From NCBI GenBank assembly GCA_010015805.1, contig ML978134.1:682001-746000 (forward strand): a stretch of DNA of 64,000 nt, given 5' to 3'. Each line of letters opens with the position of its first letter. Within the stretch, counting starts at the first letter, position 1. This stretch comes from Rhizodiscina lignyota (lineage: Eukaryota). A program made the translations under genes and the position numbers. A model generated the notes under the pieces. The model saw only the letters and a list, made by a program, of their open reading frames with translations. It was not told the origin of the DNA and searched no databases. Below, one piece after another: positions 12,738 through 26,600 of this stretch.

Positions 12738-14769
12738 TCAAATAATCTGCACCGTTCTCCACCCCCACCCTCCACTCTCACAATCGTCTAGTGCATGATG
12801 TTCTATAATGAAACCAACTCCAACTCTTCTATAACATCCGGCTACCGAAGGCCGAAGAATCAAACAATAAGCGCTAGGCTGTCCTTGCCTGCTGCGCGGT
12901 ACAACTCGACCGAACCTGTGTCTCTTCATTAACAGACACACTGCGGGCGTATTCGCATTTCTTTCCTCAGCAAGATCGAAGATAATGGTGAGTTTCGTGT
13001 CCTCGCTCAGCGTTACCTTTATTTCACAGTCCTTGACTCTCAGCCCGTCACCGAGAATCTTCACCGTGTCGACTTTGCGTCCTTGATCAAACACAATCTC
13101 CTGGCAGAGCGCATCTAAGGTTATATTCCCGCCTAGAACCGGAACTGTGGAGTCATCTACGCTCGCGCTCTTCAATGTCACAAGCTCTTCGACGTCGGAC
13201 CCCTCATGTCGCCATCTGTGAGTTTCTACAGTGCCATCATACGCAGCCCAGCTCCAAGATGGAGTTCCGGAACCCTCCAAGGCGACGAACCCATTCATCT
13301 CACTCTTCGAGATATCGGCGTAAACTACTAGACTCCGGCGCCAGAGTAGGCCATTGACGATATCGCTTTTCCATAGTCCCGCGAGATACGTGTCCCCTGT
13401 CAGTCTGCGGACTTCCTGGGCAATAGCCGAGATCGCGAGGAGTTTGTCGGTCGCCGGATAAGTCAATTGCTTCCTGGAATACTCGTCTACGAGGTGGTAC
13501 CAATTTGACTTGCGGATTAAAGACTGCACTTCATTGGTCGACTTTCCCTTGCTTGTACGCCTGCTTGCCATTATCTGCTGTTGTCCATGATAAAGAGTCT
13601 GGACCTGGGGTTTAAACGCCCCGATTATCGAGTCCTCGCGACGCCATCCCTTTCGGCAGCTCCATATCATGTTATTGACGCCATAGTACAGTATTCTCCT
13701 CGATAGTTGTAACTCTTGGAAGACCCAGGCTCTTCGGTTCAGGGGGGCATTTTGAATCTCGTCTTCGAAAGACTGGACCCTTTTCCGAAGGTAGAGATTG
13801 AATGGAGGCTCGCCCAACTGAACGTAATGCAGCCCGGCTTGCCTCTCGCGAAGGAACTCTTCCTGGGAATTGGTGGACGACGGGCCTGCTATAGTAAGAT
13901 AGCCATTTGCAAAGATCCCAGCCATCCTGCTCAGCTCCGTTTTCAAATCTCCTGGCGAATCTTGGATAACACAGAGAGAGTCAATCCACAGGTAGCGAAT
14001 GCCCAAAGCTTGGGCCACTTGTACCGCATTTCGAAACGTTGGACTGAGCGATGAGATTGGAACACCTTGCTGCATTAGCGCAAGAGTGTCTCCGGTGGTT
14101 GTCGTTCTTTCCACCTGGCCCCAGCAGTGGCTGAGGGTAGCATATTTGCCCCTCATGTCTGCCACCATACAAGAGTCAATCAGACACACTGTCCCGTTTC
14201 CATCAGTAGGAAAGACGTCTAGAAGCCTAGATGGTAAGAGACTGTGTTCCGAACTGCCGCAGAGTGTATGGGACGTCCCGCATTCTTCGATCCAGGCTTT
14301 CGCCATCTCCACCGAGGACTCTGACAACGGATGTGCTGGAACGCCGTACCACATGGTCCACGTACCACAGTCCGCACCGGGCATATCTTCAGGGGTTAGT
14401 ATGTTATTGCCTCTACACAGGGTTCACATCGATCGTACCTCGCATGGTGAAGAACTCCAGATTTACTTTCAATAGGCTTTTAGATTCCCAACCTTGAGGA
14501 TTAAGATATACATAGGCGCCACCGCCCTCCACCCCACCTCCCCTCCACCACCTAAGATACACAGGCGCTGCGTTTACAGTGGCTAATTCATACTTGTGAA
14601 ACTCCGCCTTCGACTCCAGGTAATACGTAAGAAGGGCACAGCATCGGCAGCCTGCTTTCGCTGACGCCTTCATCTGCTTGAACGACGATTTGAACGGATC
14701 GAGGAACGTCTGATATTTCCCCGTCGAGGGTTCTGGAACGCATATTGTCTTGCACGATTCGCAGAGCAT
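12738..14769 (-). CDS. HET-domain (heterokaryon incompatibility family) protein
   Basis: Motifs 'YATLSHCWG', 'IRYLWIDSLCVIQD', 'PLNRRAWVFQE', 'YLAGLW', 'PSWSWAA'. N-terminal MLCESC exon joined in frame through intron 14387-14438. Confidence 0.92.
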
Positions 14770-15648
14770 CGTCGTTCAGTTCCATGAGTAATTCGGACGC
14801 ATGAGACCCCGTGTTGAATGAGCGGATGGATGACCCAGGAAAGCTCAATCGCCTTCGAGATGTATGTCAATGAGCTGTTCCAAACACAAATATTGAGCCA
14901 AATGGCTTAACAAAATCAAAGGTACCTCCTCGTTCTCCGCTCGAGCATCAAAAAAAAGACGAAAGAAATCGGTGAGTTTGCGCTAATTGTGTGATTGAGT
15001 CCGCAGAGTGCATGAGGCTGAGCGCTGTGGCGCTGCTAGTAAATACTTCAGGACGAAGGAAAAGATTTACAATATCAGCCTCGCTAATTGAAGCCATGGT
15101 TTTGCACTGATGGAAACGCTGTAGGTTTTCGGTGTCGAGGCTAAAAAGATAGGTTTTGCTGTTCACTCTCCCCAGGTTTATGCAGCGTGATGTGGTGCAA
15201 CTACGCATTTGGACACCGCAGGAGCCGCCTTAATCACCCCTCTAATCTTATACAAATACACCGGACTTCACAATTGATAATATTTAATTAGCCGTCAGTA
15301 TTTTTGTTGTGGATTTCTGGATTGGTCTGAAGCATCACTTACTGCACAATGGACAAGTCCCATTATAATTAGGAATCGGCACCCCACTCGCTGCCGAGCA
15401 AATTCATTATGTATTACAATAGCCAAGGGCGTTGAGAAGCGCTGCCTAAACTTTCAATTTTGCAGGCGACGAGTAACAGGCCTATAGCAACAAGAGGCGA
15501 AGTGAATCCTCAAGACATGACGCCCAGCTCCAGTCACAAGTATTGTTCGAGAGTCTTCCATTATGGGACCTCCTCAGCCACGGCATCAAAGCCAAATCGA
15601 CCATGAGAGTTGAATCTAAAAGGGGTCATCCCCTCTCCTATTCGCCGC

Positions 15649-17402
15649 CTAGTTCTTCAATTGCCAGTTCTCCCCATAGATAGAATAGACCGCATCAATC
15701 TCCTCTTTATACATATTCAACGTCCTCCCTCTAATGACAGTCTCCTTACTCGCCCGCTCAAACGGCTTTGCCTTTTTCCCGATAATCAACATCTCCTTCC
15801 TCACGAGCGCGTGTTTCGGCGCGGCCGCGTTCGCTTCCTCGACCGTCGGCCAGATCTCCTCCAACGCCTCCTCACTCGACATCTCCGGGTCGACCAGCTC
15901 GATCAGCAGCGCTGCGCATGGCCGCTGGATGCCCACCATAACGGCCGCGCGGACGAGCTTGTTGCCCATGATGTGCTCCTCGTACGCCAGCGGGCTGTAC
16001 TTGGCCGCGTTGGCAAAGGCGATCAGGTCGTCGGTGCGGCCGACGTATTTGTAGAAGCCGGACTTCGAGGGGTCCGGGTGCCGCTCGAACAGGTCGCTGG
16101 TGCGGTACTCGCTGATGTCCGGGAACATGCTGAAGATGGCGTTGATTTCGTTCTCGGGGTTGCGCACGATGACCTGTTCGTAGTTGCCTGGTGATTGCTC
16201 GTGGAACTCGACGCCCTTGTGCTCCGGGGAGAAGTGGAAGTAGTCCCATAAATCGCGCTCCTCGGGGCCGTTCATGAGTTGGAGACCCTGGCAGTAGCAC
16301 TCCGTGCTGGCGATGAAGGTTTGGAGGGTGACGTATTTTGAGACGCGGTCACCGGATGCCTTGTCGACGGAACCTATCAACAAATGAGTAAAGGAACACT
16401 TGAGCTGAGGTGTGTGACCTAGTTTGGTCGAACAATAAAGTTGTCATGTGCACAGGGTTCTGGGAGCCACATACCTCCTCCAAACATCACCCACTTCTGA
16501 GTCCCAAGCAACTTCAGATCCTCCTCTGACCTAGACATATCCATAACGATAATCGGGTTTGCCAGAGTCTGCTCGACGTTCGCATATTTCAGCACCTGCC
16601 TTGCCGTATCTCCAAACGGCGGGATAAGAGCAGGCCCGCAGACGTATATCAATTTGCCGATGATCGTCGCGCCGAGACCAGCCATGAGTAGGCCGGCAGA
16701 ATGCCACGGCGGCACGCCGATATACGATCTGTGATGACCCATTATGACGCTCGGGATGGTGGCTCTGCCGTCCACAGGCGGCACAAAGCCTTGACTGGTG
16801 CCGATGTTGCACCACTCGGTGGACAGATACCGGGGTTTCGGCATGCCGGTGCTGCCAGAGGTGTGGATTATGGCGAGCGGCATGTCTTTGATCTCGTCAT
16901 AAGTCTTCGTGTAGGGGTAGGACTTGGGTTCCGGGCCGCTCTCGTCAAGGACATCTGCCAGACTGGGTAGCTGGAAGGTCTGCATCTCCCTATCACCAGT
17001 GACGGCTTTCGGCGGTATCTCTTTCGTATGAAGGAGTACGTTGCTGTTGGTCCTCTCAAAGAGATTCAAATGCATCGCCTCCGTGTTCCGAGGTGCCGAC
17101 CAGAGTCCAACATGTCCGAGTTTGAGGAGCGCGAGACACACAAGAATCGGGGCTGGATCGATCCTCGCAGTGACGTTGGCGACGACGTTGGATCCGTCGC
17201 TGCGGCCGATGCGCGGCTCCAGGAACTCGCAGAAACGGTTCACGGCGCGTGCGCCTTGCGCGAAGCTGACGTCTCTCCATCCTTTCGAGAGCTCGTTGTC
17301 GTCTATAGGCAGGGAGAACCAGGGGCGGTCCGGCGTCTCTCGCGCGATCTCGTCGACGCGAGAGGGGAAAACGACATTCGGGATTTGAGTCGGATGCGCC
17401 AT
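15649..17402 (-). CDS. Stand-alone adenylation domain (NRPS-like / acyl-CoA synthetase-like)
   Basis: ANL motifs 'HTSGSTGMPKP', 'IASTE', 'YRTSDLF', 'GRTDD', 'FERASK'. Intron 16374-16474. The stop comes directly after the A domain. Confidence 0.88.
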
Positions 17403-18139
17403 CGTGCTGCTGCGAGTAAAGTATCTGGTTGCGGAGAGGAATTTTTGAGAATCATTTTCAGTGGTCTTTTTGTAGAAGGATGAAATATCATGCGTTTGGC
17501 AGCGCCACTACGCGAGCTGACTACCGGGACCCTCAGTTGCTGACATGAAGCTAAGAAACGCGGAGCTAACGGTGTAAGCCCCAGTAGGGTTGGGTGCCCT
17601 GACCACCCCAAGCACAAACCGAAGCAACCAAGGTTATTGGCTCGTCAGACCTAATACACATGAAGAATGACAATTTTAGGTTAAGGTGGAGGCAAAGAAA
17701 TGAACTTCCAGAACATGAGAAGAGAGACAGGAATGTTCCACGTTAGCGGGTGACGAGGCAACCAACTTTCTCACCGTCTATTCGTGTGAGAAGAATAGAC
17801 TTGCGAATTCTTGACCAATTGGGGGACCAAACGTCTGAAGTATTAGTCAGATTAGAAGTATGTCTGGCGACTTTTCGTCGACATCTGTATGAAAATGCTC
17901 GCAGTTATCAGTACACGTTCGCGGAAGTTCCGCTCATACGACGGTACATTCCCACTTCCGTTCCGAATGATTCGCCAACGGTGGGTGCTGCAGTGTATTA
18001 ATTAATGCCGGTTTGTTTCACCGAACGTTTTGACGTAAGATTAGATGTACACCTCCCTCTTTCGAATTCCGGTTCGCCGTGCCAACTCTCGCGCGATTCG
18101 GGGCGCGATCACGCCCTTATGCCGACGAGGGCCGTGTTA

Positions 18140-19936
18140 TCATGGCGGTTGAAATACGAGCGCGTTTATAACGTGGCCTTCTCGCCAGCCTTGCGTCGCT
18201 AATGACATGGAAGGATCCAGCATCTTTCCAAGGTATGCGAACTTGACGCGCGATCGAGGAGGCAACTGCGACGGCCAAAGTAAGCATAAAAGCATAAACG
18301 AGGCCACAAGCATGTTGCATGTGCGCTGGATATATAGCATATAGCTCGGGCAAGCCGAGATCAAATCATGCAAAGCCGAAAGAGGGATAAGGTCCGAGGC
18401 GGCAAATAAAACCCAGATACGACAACCGGCAAGGAAGAGCTTCAGATATCAATACGAAAGGGAAAGACAGCTCTCATCACTGTTAATGTGAAAAGTGCAT
18501 CCAACTGTGGATGACAGGAAGCAGAAAATATATATCAAAGGGAAAACGTTAGGCTTGCGGAAATGATGGAAATCCAAAAATGGTGTGAGCAGCCGTTGTG
18601 TCACGTCTGACTGAACTCTACAAATCAAAATCCACGATTCCAGATTTTGACCAGGACACCGGATGGCAAGGGAAACTCGAAAATGGGAAATATCACTCAC
18701 CTCTGCGCTTTCCTTCACCCTCCTCCTCAGCATCACCACATTTTCCTCCAATCCCATCCTGACCACGACGTCCGTCCCACGATCGCTCAGTCTCGCCCTG
18801 ACCTTCACGATCCTGCCCACATCTACCTCGCGGCCTTTGCCCTTCTCCTTACTCAACATGATATCATCGTCATCCTCATCACTATAACCCTCTTCCCTCT
18901 CCGCCTCTTGCCCTCCCGCCCCGCCTTCCCGCGGCGTCTCACCGGCATTGTGCCCATCCTCCACCACGCCCTCGGGATCTGCCATGACCCAGAGCGGGAC
19001 CTGATACCGCTCTCCCAACTCATCGTAGACTCCGCCATCTTTCTGCTTGTCTCCGGCCCTCCGCCTCCACCCCCTCACGCGCTCGCGCTCCACCTCGCCA
19101 CCGTCCGCACCAGCAGCCCACACTTCGCCGGTTGGGCACGTCAGCCCGGCGGCGTCCAACACTGCCTGTGCGGCTTCGAGGTCCTGCTGCCGCAAGCTCT
19201 CGCAGATGAGCTTCACTGCAGCCCAGACCTCGGCGCGGCCGGACCATCGGGTGTCGAAGAAGGCTGCGCGCTCGCGCTCTAGCTGTGATCGTGTGACTCG
19301 AGGTGTAGACGTCAAGAGAGAAGTAGCTGCGTGTATGATATCGGGATCTTCGCCTTGCGGGGCGACTGAGGAGCGGCGGTTTTGCGGATGCGGATGGGAT
19401 GTCTGATGTTGTAGGGTTGGCGGGAGAGCGATGCGCTGGCCTGACTGTGGGAGTTTGAGTGGACGATTAGGGATGTCGGGCGACGGTGGGACTACGGCCT
19501 CTGCTGTACCGTCTCCGGTCTGTGAAGGTGTGCCAGCGCCTGCTTTGCGTTCTGCCTCATGATGTGTAGATATCCGCGGACTGTCTGATGATGTGTATAC
19601 GTTTGGCCGTGAACTTGCTGGGCCTGGTGCCGCGTGTGTAGTCAGGCCTGCCGTCGCACTTGCATTTGCAGAGGAGTGGTTCGTAATGACCCTTGTGTTG
19701 GGAATTGGGGCATTCGGGTCATCGTATGGGGAGTCGTGGGGAGAGGAAGGAGAGGTTGGTGTCGACGCGCAGCAACCCTATAGCAGTAATCTCGTCAACT
19801 ACAAGCCGAACAATGATTCTTGTTGTGGATGTATGATGTTGGAAGTGATTTGAGCTTGCGTGGACTCGACGACTCGAGGCACATCCAAGCGCTCTTTTGC
19901 CCCACTGACGGAGCAAGAAATGATCAAACTCACCAT
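18140..19936 (-). CDS. DC-UbP/UBTD-like ubiquitin-binding and ubiquitin-like domain protein
   Basis: 'LERERAAFFDTRWSGRAEVWAAVK...AGLTCPTG...GVYDELGERYQVPLWV' plus C-terminal UBL 'VKFAYLGKML...QGWREGHVINALVF'. ATG at 19936; introns 19778-19933 and about 18267-18700; N-terminus MGCCAS. Confidence 0.85.
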
Positions 19937-21476
19937 GGCTCATCCTCGCTGGTCACTACCAGCTTCCAGCATGCCCCGTTGCTTTTGAAGATATGTCGTT
20001 ACGTCGTAGGCGTTCGCAGTCTTATCACAGCTGGTGAGAGGGTGCAGTCCCTCGGCAAGCCCGCAACAGCTGTGGGACCCGATTTTCTAAAATTGGCGGC
20101 GCGATCTAGATCAGGCGTTCGCATCCAACAGCTCGAGTGTGGGAGGGAGAATAAGAGATCCAAGAGGAGAGCTATATGTATCACAAGATGACGAAGCTTG
20201 AGCTCGAGCGAACAGTGAAAAGAGCGTTTTCGGCCAGCGAACGCTCGCATACAACGCATAAGGTGTTTAGCTGGAGCTAGGACTGCGGGCAGCGGTCATT
20301 TGAACACCCACCCTGCCCTTGCTCCGCTGCGCTTTGCGAGTCACGAATGGCTGCAGACGGCGAAAGCTTGCTTCGGTGGAAGGGCAGCAGAAGGGTCCGA
20401 ATTGATCGGCGCGTCCTTTTCGTGCAGCATCTCGTTCGCGGCTCTCTCGGCGGCACTTGCTCGAATTGCGATCCACGTGCTCCTTTGCCAGATACGTACC
20501 TTTGGCCTGCGAAAATGCCCTCAGTCTATTGAAGTTTATTCCCATTGCCAAAGCTACGCAAATTGTGTAACCAGTTCGTTTGGAGAGCGTGCTGGATACT
20601 GGGCACCAGTGTTATCTCGCAATGCAATGCGACTCGGCTAGACAGAGACGATGACTGTGACAAATCAAGAAACCAACGCATCCTCTGGAAGCGGAAGTGC
20701 CTTCTCCAGGATAGTCATAAATGCAGCCTAGATAGACCTCCAGTGCACCTGACAAGACGTATTGCGTTCATCATGTTCTTTCAATTCTACTGGATGATCT
20801 CGCTCTTAAATGCCGCATCACTGCCAAATGACGACGTAGACCACAACGGGAGGGTGTGAAGAATCTCAGTCATCTTATCTAGAGTAGAAAACGGAACACG
20901 TTCTATTAATTATTAAGCTATTCGAATTTCTGTGCCATTGGCCGTAACTTCTCAACTTCCGCTCCGTCCATCGCTCGCACTGATAGGTGCTGACAGACTC
21001 CCCTAGTAACCAAGCAAACCTCCAGACAAAAAAACAGAGACAAAGCTGCATGGGTATCAAAAGACAAGCGAGAGATATGCTGTGTTGGGTATTGGGTATC
21101 CTGCATGGGGTATATTTGGGTATCATCGACCGTTTTGTTTTTTGAATTTTGAGCTGAGGGTATACGCGCAAGTGAACCACAAGCACAAGCGACATGAGAA
21201 AGCCAAAAGAGACAAGACAATGTTGCAATCTGTTCGAAAGGAAAGCGTGATCGATGTATGCGTTGCGCGTTGCGGTCAAACGAGGTCGTTCCATGGGAAA
21301 CTGGTGTGAAGAGAGGTTGTTGAGAGAAGACAGCAACCATAGCAAAGAGCCGCCGTAGAGTTGCTCGTACAGAAGTGCGAGGTCCGAGGTTCGACGAGGC
21401 AAGGCCAACACAACTTCTCTGAACGTCCACATCATCAACACAAGCTTCGCCCGACTGAGAACTGACACGGAGATGT

Positions 21477-23693
21477 TTACGCCGTAGCAGAGACAGCAGG
21501 CGTGGCAGCGGGTGGCTGGCCAACCTGGACGGCCTCAGGCACAACATCTCCAATGCTGTTCTGCGGCTTGGTCTCGGTCTCATCGCTCATCTGCTTGGAT
21601 CCGGTATCCTTGGGCTCCTCGATCTTCGGGGCCTCGTCAGAGACCTTGGTCTCCTCGTCGACCTTTGCGGGAGCAGAGGCCTTCTTGCCCTCCTTCTGGC
21701 CCTTGATGAGCTTGCTGGGGTTGCGGAAGATGCCACCAAACTTCTGAGAAGGGCCCTCCTTCTGTTCGCCCTCGGCCTTGTCCTTCTTGACGGTGCCAAG
21801 GTTGCCGAAGAATGAGGTGCGGCGCGGCTTGTCAGCCTGCTCTTCCTTCTTCTCAACTGACTTGTCGACGCCGTTGGCCTTGGGTTCCTCAACAGCAGCA
21901 GTCTCCTCCGGCTTGGCTTCAGTTTCAGCGACGGGAGCAGCCTCAGTAGCAGCGGCAGGAGTTTCCTCCTTGGCTGGCTCCTTCGTGGCAGGTGGAACTT
22001 CACTGGAAGGAGACCTGATCTTCTCAGCACGACCCTTCAGCTTACCGAAGAAGCTCTCTTTGGGAGTGCTGGAAGACAGCTTCTTCTCTTCCGGCTTCTC
22101 TTCCTTCTTCTCCTCGGCGCCGGGAATGGCCATTGGAGCAGTCTCAGTTGCGGCAGGTTCCTCAATCACAGGAGTCTCAGTTGGAGCAGCAGGAAGATCC
22201 TTGTCTTTGGCAGCTTCGTCCTTGGGGGGAACGGTAGGAGCAACCTCGGATTCCTTCTTCTCGGTAGTAGGGCTACGAACCCCGTCCAAGAACCGGCCAA
22301 AGATCGAGCCACGCTTGCCAGCCTTGCCAGCAGCAGGAGTAGCCTTGGTAAGCTCGTCCTTTGCGTCCTCAGGCTTGTTCTCAGTAGCTGGAGCCTCAGT
22401 TGCAGCGACAGGTTCTTCAACCTTAGGTTCGACAACTGGGGCTGTAGATCTCTTAGCCCAATTTCTTGATGAAGCACGCGCCGGGAACATACCAGATGTC
22501 TCAGCAGGGGCAGCAGCTGCTGCCTCCTCCTTCTTATCCTCCTCCTTGTCAGCCTTCTGCTCTTCCTTCTTTTCCTCTTTCTTCTCCTCAGCGTCCTCCT
22601 TCTTGCCGATGATGTTGCCGAAGATGCTAGTACGCTTGCCACGAGAAACGGAGCGGCTCTTTGGGGCCTTCTTCTCCTTCTTCTCTTCTTCCGGCTTGTC
22701 AAGGGTAGCGCCGTTGGCGGGCTTGTCAGTGCTCTCCTTGGGGGTCTCTGTCTTGGCAGCGGTGGTCGCGCCAGTAGCAGCAAGTCCGGCCGTGACAGGC
22801 TTGTCTAGACGTACAGTCAGCATTTAAGATATGGTATGACGTATGGTACCTTATTCTGGGGCCATAAGATAAATGAGGTCTTACTAAGGTGTGTCATGGT
22901 ATCCTTGTACTCAGAGCTGTTCTGAACCTCCTCTTTCATGCTCTTGGCCTCATCAACGATGGTCTTGAGAGCGGCAACCCAGCCAGAGCGCTCGTCGGCA
23001 GTCTTGGTGTGGAAGACATGCTTCGCACCGTCAAGCTTGAAGGAGAATTCGTTCATGCCGTGGGACTCGACAACGTCAGAAGCATCGGCCTGCAAGGGGT
23101 AAAAATTAGCGACTGCAATTTATCTTTCGATAAGCCGACATACCAAGAGAAGAACACCAGCCGGGCTGGCCTTGTCATCGGCATTCTTGACAAAGTAAAG
23201 AAGACCCTTGCCAGTCTTGCTCGACCAGGCGGCAGCAGGGTGGGAGATCTTGGGCTTCTCGCCACGGAGGTAGGTGTTGAGGTTTTGCGTGGTGATCGGG
23301 GCTTCCTCGCCGAACCAGAAGTATCGCTTCTTTGGGCCTTGGAACACAGCCCTGACGGTGAAGAACCTCCTGATTAGCATAAAACGCGTTACTATTAAAA
23401 GTCTTCTTGCCGTGAACTCACTTGATGCTGCCCTCAATGCCAGACTGGTGGACCTGATAGCTCAGCGGGCCCTTGTAGATTGGCTCAGCCGGCTTCTTGT
23501 CCTCTTTCTTCTCAGCAGCCGGAGCAGATGTCTCGGTGGCCTCCACAGGAGCGTCGGTAGTGGCCTCGGTTGTAGGAGCGTCAGTGGTAACAGCTGGAGC
23601 CTCTGTGGACTCGACAGCAGGAGCAGGAGTTGACTCCACAGCTGGAACAGCCGGGGCCTCGATGGTGGTGGGCTTGGTTTCTTCGGTAGACAT
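21477..23693 (-). CDS. PH-domain protein (Meu6/PH_6-like) with long Ala/Glu/Lys/Pro-rich disordered tail
   Basis: Multi-exon gene starting MSTEETK. PH-like core 'KRYFWFGEE..HPAAAWSSKTGKGLLYF..PAGVL..FSFKLDGAKHVFHTKTADERSGWVAAL', then a low-complexity tail with repeated 'KRxSIFG' motifs and strong codon bias. Confidence 0.8.
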
Positions 23694-26600
23694 CGTGTTT
23701 TGATTGCTGGGTATTACCAAACAAATGCGTTGTCTCGTAATCTCGTGATTGACACGTTAATCCGCGGTGGAGTGATCCTCGATTTTCTCTCAAAGAACTA
23801 AGGAGGGTGAGAATAGACGGCTTTCCAAGCAAACGACACGCGTGTGGCTGGAGGAAGCGCTTTAAGGGGTATCACAGGTATTAAAAGGTGAGTAGGTGGT
23901 GCAAGGAGCAACTAACAACGCGTTCCAAAAGCTGCAGGCGAGAGTGCTGAGCTGAAGAGAAGCGGGTGAAGGAGGGTGGTAAGCGTGCGTTGCGGGAGCA
24001 AAGGTGTGCGGTGGAGGAAGAAGAGAAGAAGCTGGGAGAGGCGCTGAGAGCGTAAATAAGAGCCTGGCAAATTGTGGCCGGGGTGCGTTGGCCTGAGCGG
24101 GCGTGGGCCGTGCGCGCGCAGGTGGGTGTTATTAGTTGAGAGTAAGGGGCCCTTTCGCCTCCTTCCAGCGTCCGCCGGCTTGGTTCGCTTTTCGGCGGGC
24201 CGTGAGCGTCGAAAGCTGTTGGAGCGCGTTCGTGTGGCCTGCCGCTCGGCCACTGTGCGGTCCCGCGCTTTAATGAGGAGGCAGAGATTGAGGAGCACCC
24301 AAGCTGGCGGTGCAAAGCGTCGCCAGAATAATGCGAGTGCAAATGTCCGCTCCACTACACGCCTCGGAGGACTAGCAGCTATAATGTTTCAAGAGCAGAG
24401 ATTACGCGACGAGCCCAGCTCGACGCTGTCGCCGTGGCCCTATTTATGCCCTCACCACCATGCTGTCGAGTTATCGGCGCTCGATCGTGGTTCTCACTGG
24501 CTGGCCCAGCTGCCGTGGCCTGCCGACTCTCGTCGCTGCCAGCTCGCGCCCACTGGCTGTTCAGGTCTCATGACCCTCCAGGCGATCGCATGCATCGAGC
24601 CATCTCACGAGAGCCCCCGGCGCGTTCACGAGCGCTGAGGTACAGCTGTATTTCTTACGCAAACGCGCCTGGAGCATTCCGAGTCAACGCTGCACGCCAG
24701 AGCCCGCAACCCTGCATGGCGACATGCACTGGACATGCAATGCACGCCGTCCGCATATTGGCCGCCGTTGAAGCCTGCCCTGTCAAGCGCCAATCTGCTC
24801 CGAGCTTGTCATGGGCCATGCAGAGCGACGCGCTACGCCTGCACCTGAAAACCTGCGATAGGAAAGCCTGAGCAGCATCTCGTGATGATGGCCTTGCAAC
24901 ATCCTGTCTTCGTCGCCGCGCTCTCTCAGTCACCGCTTTTCACCATGCCGGGCGTTGAGATAGGAAGCGATACCCACCTGCCCGGGCAGTTGGCAATACG
25001 GCCTCGACGATCTCAACCTCAATCGGCGCCCCTTTTTCTGCTTCACGGCGGTCAACAGTCCTATTAGTTACAAGTGCTCGCTTCCTTTCCCATTCTGTCT
25101 CTTTAAAGCAACGTCAAGACCGCATAAACCAGTTCGGTGGGCGGCTGTTTGAGGAAGAGCGCTCGTCATCCAGGGTGCATGAAACGTGCTGTTCGTGCAA
25201 CCTCCACGCAGCATGACGAGTGGCTCGCCTCTCACCAACCTCCAACAGCCATATTTTGATTATTTCTGGGCCCTGGACGAGCTCTTCCTCGTCTCGCTCG
25301 CCGACTGGAATCTCATCTTATGATCTTTATGATCTGTTTCGCCTTCCCGCCCTGGACGCGAGCCGCACGAGGTCAAAGCGGATCCCCACATGTGCCTTGA
25401 GGGTTTCACGGTTTCACAAAATTTTGTGCCGCAAGCGTTTCAACCTCTCAGCAAATTCGAGGCCGCCGCGCTGGCCAGCACCACCCAGACCCTGACCGCC
25501 ACACTCTGCACATAAATCGTTAGCGCTTGCGCTCGACCCACCCAAATCTCGCAACCTTGACCTCTGCCCAGCAAGCTCTCCAACTCGTTCCTTTGAAAAG
25601 TGATGCAATCCTGCGATTATCCGCATAAAGGTGAAGGCAGACTCTCGTCGCAACAGAGTCCACCACGAGCGCCTCGGAAAAGTACTTGATTTAGCGGATC
25701 CCCGCGATCGATTCCTTTTACTTTTCTTGCAAGTCACCTCGCATCTTGGCCCGCATGAGACAAGACCCTTCACGTGATGGGGGCACGATTACGCAGGAGC
25801 TGAGCCAACCATCAACTTCTCTCCCCACTTCAGCCTTACCACGTTCGATTCACTCGGCGCAACCCTATGCCACTCCGCAAGATTCCGCGTCTCGTACCTG
25901 CAAGCTGACCTTACACGCTCTAGAGTTCTCAAGCACTGCCTCGATGAGATGACGAACTTCAGCGAAGAATTTGTCCTAACCTTATCTCGATTGACCTGCG
26001 ACTCATGATTATGACGACACATTCGGCTTATTCTTGCTTAGTACATACGTGACTAGGCTAGGTTCTATTTGCCCTTGAACTTCTCGTGACTACTGCTGTA
26101 CGTCGATTTGTTTCCCTATCATAGAGTCAACCTCGAAGTTTTAGTCTTAATAAAGCTGGGAAAGACCACAGATTGATGATTAGATTATCAACACACCTTT
26201 ATTCACATCCAGGCGGTTCTAACCCAGATATTGTCTCTATCGCTTGGCGATGAAGACGTAGAAATAGACCCATCTGGTAATTATTAGGATTCCTTATTGC
26301 TCTATAGATAGTCTCTGTTCATCTTCAGTGCGAATTCTCCCACAAAGCGTTCCAAAATAGCATTTACATTCGTAACCTTATCCACACACAGCCACAACAA
26401 GGTGCGGAACATGTTATGTGATGGCGGCCGACCCTGGCTCCGATCCCCCGTTAACAGATTCCTGCAATGCTCAGGAAGGATATCTTGTGCATTGCATTTT
26501 CTAAGAGTTGCGCGTGAAGCAAATCTGTTAAACATATGCCCAATCCTTCAAACGTCGCAAGGAGCTCCACGGAGGTACTGAGCATCAACCGCTAGTCCAC

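Noticed and set aside
21502..22827. Long antisense/alternative-frame ORFs (e.g. 349 aa at 21778-22827 +)
   Set aside because: Shadow ORFs caused by codon bias and low complexity of the PH-domain gene. The same applies to ORFs opposite the A-domain, FAD oxidase and HMG genes.
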